The notes beneath the pieces are model-generated. The model had not been told where the DNA came from. It worked only from the letters and a program-made list of their open reading frames with translations, and did no database searches. From Octopus bimaculoides (taxonomy: Eukaryota), in contig NC_068994.1 in assembly GCF_001194135.2 (NCBI RefSeq), positions 27,646,032-27,689,073 on the forward strand: DNA of 43,042 bases, in the 5' to 3' direction. The position numbers and the translations under genes were made by a program. Shown here in pieces: positions 35,090 through 43,042 of the stretch. Position 1 is the stretch's first letter, and each line of letters starts with the position of its first letter.

Positions 35090-35594
35090 TGCCCTGATGC
35101 AGTACCAGGCAGTGGCTTTCATAGCTTCTGATCTTAACTGATTGGAAATGCTATCATGTACATTGTTTTGTCTTGGTATAAAAGATGGGCTAAAGCAAAT
35201 ATTCTACTCAATACCACATGTTTGCTTGTCAATTGTTTGACCTTAACCAGTTGAGCATGTCTCTTAGTGGCTGACGATATGTGGATCTCTGATCATGAGA
35301 TGAAGTAGTAGTGGGGAGCATCATAGCCATGTGTTGAGAAGAATTCTTTGGGGTTTGAATAATTCACTTCTGGAAACATGGGTGTTTCATCATCCTTAAA
35401 ACAAACCTCATTCAGGGACTTTTTGAGCAGGATGGGCTACTCAATCTGAAGAAAATTCTTAATGGGCCCCACCTGCAAGATCATACACTGTTTATCTTGA
35501 TATAAGATCACCATGTTGCACACACATATGGTTGTCAGACGGGTTGTCATGATGGGTATATTGGGCTTCGTATATTTGTACCTCAGTGTCACTC
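35090..35594 (+). mobile_element. ~555-bp non-coding element, copy 3 (two internal deletions)
   Basis: Same 5' end (AAT-GCCCTGATGC) and 3' end (CACTC-AATAAT). The 3' deletion is bounded by CACT microhomology. Confidence 0.9.
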
Positions 35595-36129
35595 AATAAT
35601 AATAATAATTTGTTAGTCATTGGAATGTGGCCATGTTAAAGGCAGAAGGTAAAAAAAAAATTGCAGGAAGATATAGTTTAAGGCTAGCAAGCTCCTTACT
35701 GTTGGTAAAATTTCTCCTATATGTAAACATAAAATTCTTCACTAATAAAATGACTGAAATTAGGAATAAACATATTTTTGTTGACTGTAATGTTTGTCTT
35801 GTAACAGAAGTCAAAGTTTCAAATACTCACAAATTAATAGTCACACTTTTATTATATTCAATTAGTAATTTACATTTGTTTCCTTAGCCTCTGAATATGT
35901 GCCTTTATTGTATGCTATTAAGTATTGTTAAATCATGGTGATGTTATATTGATAGGAAAGAGTAAACTGATGCTGTTTTGTTTAGATTAGTTGTTAGTTC
36001 CTTCATTACAAATTAGATAAACTGTAAATGTTGCATGACTGAAATTCATATCATTTACAATTCATTTCAAAGGGCACAGAAGTAACTTACTGCAAAGGCT
36101 AGTATTAAATAACTTTTCTGATATTTAGC

Positions 36130-37515
36130 TGATGGAAGTTGTTTGATGAGAAATGGTTATGTGATCTGGTAATTTTGGTTGATATCACTATTTGTGTAAA
36201 GATATATTTAATATGTTCAGACATGATAAAACCATTCACTGCAGAGATAGTCATGGAAGAAAATAGACATAAGTATTTTTTTCAAAGAAGTAAATGGAAA
36301 GTATGTGTATCTTTCTTCTTATTCAGTTGCAGTTTAGAAAATGTGCAATCTTGACCAAATGCAAAGAATTTGAAAAACTGAGAACTTTGTGTTTAGTGAA
36401 AGTAGCATTTTTAAAAGAGTCTTAATACAAACAGGAATTTATTTTCAAAAACATGACAAAATACTTTCATATCACAACCAAGTTAGGAACTGTGTTTGCT
36501 AATTCCAGAAAAAATAAAACTACACATCTAAGAAGTAAATGCTGGAGAGCATCAGATTGAATATCACAAAGTATCAGTTCTGGCTCTACTCACTCTGAGT
36601 TCAAGTTGTGTTTTTTTCATCCTTTGAAGCATAAACAAACATTTTTATTTATGCTATGAAAAACTTAGCAGCTGGATTATATATATTATCCCTCTACAGT
36701 AGGATCTCAAAAAAAGACTTGTTGCTTTAAGTGAAAAAGCATTAGAGATGCATTCAACTAAGATTCAACACCTTAATAATGTGTCATTGTCTTATTCACC
36801 AACATAATGTAGACATTCAAAGAGACTGAAAGATCTCAAAATAGAATATTGTGAATATATTATACCATTTTGAAGTTTGGTAGTGAAGCAAGTACTTCTA
36901 TAAAATGAGAGATGAAGTGAGATTCTTCATGAATGTTGAAGGCATTCTTTTAATGAAAATAAATGAGTGAAAATGGTTATGTGATCTGGTAATTTTGATC
37001 AATATCACTAGCCACATAAATGATCTAAGTTTATAATTACAAGAACCAAATCATCTTATTAACTCTATTATTACTAACATCATGAGTTTGGAATCAATGC
37101 TGCAACTGATTATAACTCAAATGGAAAAAAAAAACTGTCTGGTATATTTTCCAGTACCAAAAGAAGAGAAACCAAAATCAAATCAAATCAATAGTGGAAT
37201 ATGCTATATGCTGCAGACTGTTTCGATCATGGGGATCAATTTCAAAAGAAATATTGAGATTTACAAAATCATAAGCTAAATCTACAAATATATGAAATTT
37301 CTTTTGATGTGAAGCCAGAGGATGCCCATGATTCCTTGCAACTTGAATTAATTCATTTTCAATCAGATAATACTTTGATATCCATATTTAATAGGTAATC
37401 TATTTTGGAATTTTATAAATTCAATATAGATATTGGAAACTATCCGCTTTTGAAGAATCATGGTGTGAAAATTGCCTCACTGTTTTCTACTACTTACCAA
37501 TGTAAACAGTTACTA
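36130..37515 (+). mobile_element. Older hAT transposase relic
   Basis: HCLIHQH, FYKMRDEVRFFM, KWLCDLVILINITSHINDLSL, LQLELIHFQSD...EFYK...IASLFSTTYQCKQL. TIRs not found. Confidence 0.75.
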
Positions 37516-37524
37516 TATGAACCT

Positions 37525-37891
37525 TTCTTTTACTTGTTTCAATCATTGGACTCTGGCCATGCTGGGGCACCATTTTGAAAGGCTTAGACAAAGAAATCAC
37601 CTCTAGTACTTATTTTTTTAAAATCTGGTATTTATTCTCTTGGTGTCTTTTGTCAAACTACTAAGGTACAGGATGCAAACAAACCAACACCAGTTTTTAA
37701 GTGGTGAGGGATAAATACATGAAAACACACACACACATATGATGAGCTTCCACACAGATTCCATCTAGCAAATTCCCTCAGAAGTATTGGTCAGCCTGGA
37801 GCTATAGTAGAAGCCACTGGCCCAAGATGTAAGCAGTAGGAATTAATCTGAAATCACAGTTGCAATGCAAGCTTCTTAGTCACAAAGCCAT
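37525..37891 (-). mobile_element. SINE family A with tail 1
   Basis: Colinear with 911-1273. Confidence 0.75.
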
Positions 37892-38229
37892 GATGGGAAC
37901 ATTAACTAAGAATTTCTGCATTATCATTTTCTAATCTGACATTAGTAAGTTTTCCAAAGCGAAAGTAAAATTAACCTTCTTGTAAAGAAACAACATAAGG
38001 TTACAACATTACTATGTGACATCTTTCAAAACATACTATGTGACATCTTTGGTGCCATGAAATTTAAGCATTATAATCAGCTGCTTAATATCATATATTT
38101 TTAATTAATGGGATTAGTAGGATTGCTGGTAAACTCATACTTGTAAAATGAAACACAAAGATCCTTATAGATTTGTAGTGTGACCATGGATCTAAAAAGG
38201 TTCTCCATCCCTGATGTAATTGATTAAAT

Positions 38230-38575
38230 GAAGCCCAGTACCTGATTTGTACTTATTTGATCAACCCCAAGAGAAATGAAAATTAACTCAGCTACATCCT
38301 GACTTGAACTCAGAACATGATGGTTCACAACCAAACAACATGTAGCAGATAGTCTTTCTTGAATCACTACATTTGGTAAGACAAAACAAGCTGGCAGTAT
38401 CATTACCATGCCAGGCAAAATTCTTAACAGCATTTTGTCCATCTTTATGTTCTGAGTTCAAATTCCATTGAGGTTGACTTTGCCTTTCATCCTTTCAGGG
38501 ATGATAAAATATGTATCAGTTGAACACTAAGGGCAATGTAATCGACTTACACCCTTCCCTGAATTTGAAACCAAT
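38230..38575. mobile_element. Two divergently oriented SINE family B copies (partial - at 38230-38330, + at 38385-38575)
   Basis: TTGAACTCAGAAC on the left; GTTCTGAGTTCAAATTCC and GTTGACTTTGCCTTTCATCCTTT on the right. Confidence 0.7.
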
Positions 38576-39146
38576 ATTTCTACATTTGGTAATATAGACT
38601 AGAGATAATTATCACAAGTAATTGATAATTTGGACCAAAGTTAACCTGGCTAATATACTTGAACCCTATTGTAACACCTACCGACAATTTTTCCAGTTAA
38701 CCATTTTTGATAAGTGCTGACACACAAAAAGAAAAGTTTAATTTTCATCCCTAAAGGCCTCGTGAAACCTTTTGGTAAGTTTGTAAAAACTCTGGAGTCC
38801 AGCTATTTATAGGGCTTTCTTTTAATTCCAGCCAGAGGTTATTTGTCTTTAAACCCACATTTATTAAATGCAGATTTAAAGATAATTCGCACCACCCAAC
38901 CTCTAAGAGATTATTTCTGTTGAAACCAGAGATATGTCCTAAATTTATATGAGACTTTTCAACTCTCATCTTTTGATAATTTCATTATTTCTTGATTCAC
39001 ACACACAACATGCCCACAACAAATTGTACTTTATATCTAAAATGTCTTGAAGGTAATTCTTTCTCTGGCTGATATTTCAACATGTTAATCATAACACAAC
39101 TACAAGAACATCGTTCAATACTCTATCAGTTTTGCTTCCAAAATAA

Positions 39147-39267
39147 TCATCATCATTTAATGTCCTTTTTCCATGCTAGCATGGGTTGGACCATTTGACA
39201 AGAACAGACAAGCCAGAGGTCTCTGACAGGCTCTATGTCTGCTTTGGCATGGTTTCTACAGCTAAAT
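39147..39267 (-). mobile_element. RTE-type 3' end relic
   Basis: CATCATCATTTAATGTCC..CCATGCTAGCATGGGTTGGAC. Confidence 0.75.
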
Positions 39268-39271
39268 GTAT

Positions 39272-39637
39272 GTGTCAAGACCTACCAAAAACTGGGCAGG
39301 TATAAAGATCTTAAAACAGAAATTAGCAAAATGTGGAACCGCAAGACTAAAACAATATCTGTTGTCATAGGTGCCCTAAGAATGATAGCAAAAGGGACTG
39401 ATTCCTACCTAGCTCAGATATCAGGAAACCCAAAAATGGCAGAAATTCAAAAGATAGCGCTCATGGGAACTGCCCATGTAATCTCAAATTTTAAAACAAA
39501 CTTATAATTTTCTTGTTTTCTTAAACATTCTCTAGAACAATACTATGTGCAAAACCAAATATATGACAACCTAGTCTTGAAGTCTCTGGGTGAGACTTGG
39601 AATCAACTTGTACAAATACAAAGCAAAAGTCAAACAC
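39272..39637 (+). mobile_element. Dong/R4-clade LINE 3' fragment (second lineage)
   Basis: KLGRYKDLKTEISKMW...VVIGAL...QKIALMGTAH; 3'-UTR hairpin AAGTCTC-TGGGT-GAGACTT; (AAT)n tail at 39638-39701. Confidence 0.8.
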
Positions 39638-39701
<64 letters not shown>

Positions 39702-39703
<2 letters not shown>

Positions 39704-41758
39704 GATCGACTACCAAAAGGCTTTTGATAGTGTTCCCCACACGTGGATCCTCAAAACACTAGCCATAAACAAGGTAGCACCAATAATTATAAAATACATA
39801 AGACACCCTATAAATAAATAGCAGACAGTGCTATAGCTCCAAACAAAAGAGGGACTCATGAAAACCAAAGCCATCCCCATTAGAAGAGGAATATTTCAGG
39901 GAGACATGCTCTCTCCACTCCTGTTCTGCTTGGCACTCACACCTTTAACTGACTTGCTAAATAGAACTGGATGTGGATACAAATGCTACAGCAAAACAAT
40001 CAGCCACCTTTTATATATGGATGACCTAAAACTATATACAGCTGATAAACAGCTGGAAACACTACTACAGACAGTACATGGATTTACCAAAGAAATAGAT
40101 ATGAAATTTGGATTAGAAAAATGTGCCAAAGCAACCCTGAAAAAGAGGAAAACTAATTAAGAGTAGCAACATCACACTAGATAAAGCCAATGAAATAAGA
40201 GAATTCAACCAAAGCCAGACATACAAATATTTAGGAATCAATGAACTAGATAGGATACAACACACACAAATGAAAGAGAAAATAAAGAAAGAATACTATA
40301 GACGAGTTAGATCAATACTGAAAACAGAGCTCAATGCTAAAAACAAGATAATAGGTATTAACACTTTAGCCGTCCCAGTTATAAGTNNNNNNNNNNNNNN
40401 NNNNNNNNNNNNNNNNNNNNNNNNNNNNNNNNNNNNNNNNNNNNNNNNNNNNNNNNNNNNNNNNNNNNNNNNNNNNNNNNNNNNNNNNNNNNNNNNNNNN
40501 NNNNNNNNNNNNNNNNNNNNNNNNNNNNNNNNNNNNNNNNNNNNNNNNNNNNNNNNNNNNNNNNNNNNNNNNNNNNNNNNNNNNNNNNNNNNNNNNNNNN
40601 NNNNNNNNNNNNNNNNNNNNNNNNNNNNNNNNNNNNNNNNNNNNNNNNNNNNNNNNNNNNNNNNNNNNNNNNNNNNNNNNNNNNNNNNNNNNNNNNNNNN
40701 NNNNNNNNNNNNNNNNNNNNNNNNNNNNNNNNNNNNNNNNNNNNNNNNNNNNNNNNNNNNNNNNNNNNNNNNNNNNNNNNNNNNNNNNNNNNNNNNNNNN
40801 NNNNNNNNNNNNNNNNNNNNNNNNNNNNNNNNNNNNNNNNNNNNNNNNNNNNNNNNNNNNNCTAAAACTAGAATAGCAACGTATCATGATAAAACGATGG
40901 CAAGAAAAGCGCCTACATGGCAAATACTGGACTAAACTAAATGCAAAAGAAATAGACAGCAAAAAATCCCAGCAATGATTGAGAAGCTCAGGACTCAAAG
41001 CAGAGACTGAAGGATTTTTAATTGCTGCACAAGACCAAAGCCTCCCCACCAGAAATTACCAAAATCATATAATGAAAAGAAACATAACAAGTAACTGCAG
41101 AATATGTGGTGATGGACAAGAAACAATAAACCATATTATCTCTGGCTGCCCAGTCCTGGCTAAGAAGGAATATATTCCCAGGCACGACAAAGCTGGGACC
41201 AACATACACTGGAAGCTATGTCAACACTATGGAATAACAACAGAAAAAAGATGGTATAGGCACACACCAGAAAAGGTCACAGAAAACATAAAAGCAGCCA
41301 TACTATGGGATATGCCAATACACACAGATAGAGAAATTAAGGCCAATAGGCCAGATATAGTTGTCAGAGATCATGAAGAAAAAAATGCTTTCTAATTGAT
41401 GTATCAATACCAGCAGATGACAACGTTTCTCTAAAAGAAATGGAGAAACTTTTAAAATACAAAGAACTGGAAATGGAGGTAACTCGAATGTGGAATCTAA
41501 AAACAGAAACAATTCCTATTATAGTAAGTACCTTAGGTATAATAAAAAAAATATTCAGACAAATACAAAACAAAAACACCAGGACTTACAAGTATATATA
41601 ACATACAGAAAATTGCACTACTGAGCACTGCACACATCCTATGCAAAACACTTTCAATACAGTAACCATAAGAGCATCACAGCAAACCACAGCACATACC
41701 CAAGGCACACAGAGCTGTACTCGGTAGTGAAGTGAAAGCATGCTATAAAAAAAAACTA

Positions 41759-41761
<3 letters not shown>
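39702..41761 (+). mobile_element. Dong/R4-clade RLE non-LTR retrotransposon, 5'-truncated, disrupted, spanning a gap
   Basis: WIDYQKAFDSVPH, RGIFQGDMLSPLLF, YMDD (40014-40025), CRICG..ETINHIISGC (CCHC), RHD, RPDIVVRD (PD-D/ExK nuclease), stop at 41663-65. (AAT)n on both sides. Confidence 0.93.
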
Positions 41762-41814
<53 letters not shown>

Positions 41815-41815
<1 letters not shown>

Positions 41816-42655
41816 TAGATACCAATAGAAAAAATAACTAAACATCATCGAAGAATAAAACAGTATCAGCAGGACAGGCTCTTCAGAAACAATGAAATAA
41901 AATTTCACCAACAGCTGAACAATGAGAATGAGCAGCAAGGGAATGGAACAACAACATGGATTAAAAAAATACAGTGCAAATACAGAAGGACAACAAAAAG
42001 GGAGGAGAAGTTAATGATTATAGGCCAATTACATGCTTAACACTACTCTGGAAATTAATCAAAGCAAATGAAATGTATAACATTTTGAAGAAGATGAATC
42101 AATTGCCAGGAGAGCAAAAGGGATGCAGAAAGAAAGAAGTCAAAGGGAATTGCTGATTTGTTGTATATCAATAGCCTGATACTAAGTGAAGAATGAATAA
42201 GAACTTAACTTTTAGCTGGACAGACCCATTCCCAAGAAAGCTAATGATAATGTTCCACACTGTTGACATTAGAAGTATTTGAGGACACTTAGGGTCAATG
42301 AGAATGTTAGTTTTTTTAGAAAGCATAATGAGCTCGTGGAAACTAGAAATAAAATAATGAAATGAATCATCAGAAAATGCAAAAGTATGCGGGGGATATT
42401 TCATAAAGACTCACTCCTACCATTACTTTTTACCATCCCTCTGAAAATCAAACTGAGAAAATCCAGGCATACTTATGAGATTGCCAAAATCAGGATGAAA
42501 ATAAATCAGCTACTATATAAGAATGACTTCAAACTGTGTAGCAAAATTGAAAAAGATATGAATTGTCTGCTCTAAACAGTAAGAATATTCAGGAAGAATA
42601 TTGGACTATAGTTTGGGGTAAATAAGTGCACAGTGTTAATTATGAAGCAAGGCTG
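41815..42655 (+). mobile_element. Older Dong/R4-like RT relic
   Basis: NDYRPITCLTLLWKL, EQKGCRK, RGIFHKDSLLPLLF, QLLYKNDFKL (decayed YMDD), FGVNKC. Confidence 0.75.
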
Positions 42656-42683
42656 AAAGATTAATTTTGTCGGTACAAAGATA

Positions 42684-42895
42684 TCTATATATATAAAAAT
42701 GAGAATGTGTGCCTGTCTGTCTGTCTGTGTGTGTGTGGGTGTATTCCTAAAACTCGAGAACTACGCAACCAATTTCATTCAAATTTTACACATGCCTTAC
42801 TTAGGGTTCCAGTTGTGTTTTAGTCAAAAAAAATGTTTAACTTCTTGCAGAGTTCGAGCCCACGGCAACATAATATCTCCTCCACTATTTAAGTA
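42684..42895 (+). mobile_element. Non-autonomous Helitron-like 5' portion
   Basis: A|TC start, TCTATATATATAAAAATG, (GTCT)n and CTAAAACTCGAGAAC, a Lep1/DINE-like pattern recalled from memory. Confidence 0.65.
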
Positions 42896-43010
42896 CTAGC
42901 AGAAACACCCGGCGTTGCCCGGGTTACAGAGAATAATGAAATCTAAAAACGCCGTCTAGACTACGCAACCCTCAACTGTTAGTAGCTACGATACCATATT
43001 TCTACATTAA
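42896..43010 (-). mobile_element. Helitron 3' end
   Basis: On the minus strand, CCCGG-GCAACG-CCGGG hairpin (42908-42923) followed after 8 nt by CTAG|T. The right boundary is uncertain. Confidence 0.75.
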
Positions 43011-43042
43011 TAACTCTCCAATCCATGCCAGCATGGAACATA

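Larger units (their letters stand above)
3945..40861. other. Assembly gaps: 3945-3954, 8563-8572, 16329-16610, ~20097-20345, 21262-21554, 30852-30861, 40387-40861
   Basis: Runs of N, most abutting (TA)n or other repeats. Confidence 0.98.

Noticed and set aside
38751-38969. 72-aa minus-strand ORF (MRVEKSHINLG...)
   Set aside because: No recognisable motif or convincing splice sites; possibly a decayed TE, but I cannot support a call.

Overview
Eukaryotic, AT-rich, CpG-depleted, repeat-dominated draft-assembly DNA with seven N gaps. The SINE/LINE content and the (AAT)n/(TA)n microsatellite load best fit an octopus genome; this is my inference from remembered repeat families, not a database result. 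There is no intact protein-coding gene, rRNA, tRNA or CRISPR array. Most of the window is nested, degenerate mobile DNA: a full-length SPIN/Charlie-like hAT with TIRs and an 8-bp TSD (2444-5438), a full-length mariner (9728-11018), two L1-Tx1 fragments, RTE fragments, a Ty3/Gypsy relic, a Penelope-like GIY-YIG fragment, four Dong/R4 fragments at (AAT)n, Helitron ends and more than 20 tRNA-derived SINE copies of two families. One convincing + strand host exon (25108-25268) and a few candidate downstream exons suggest much of the window is intronic. The best leads, all hypotheses rather than a demonstrated new system, are: (1) a ~555-bp non-coding element in three copies with fixed ends, no Pol III boxes and the same (AAT)n polarity as the Dong/R4 LINEs; (2) a possible recursive splice site; (3) a 19-nt microexon with alternative C-termini that overlaps a CTCF motif; (4) a CpG-rich NRF1-type intragenic promoter; (5) a 69-bp fold-back palindrome. 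Coordinates of degenerate relics are approximate.
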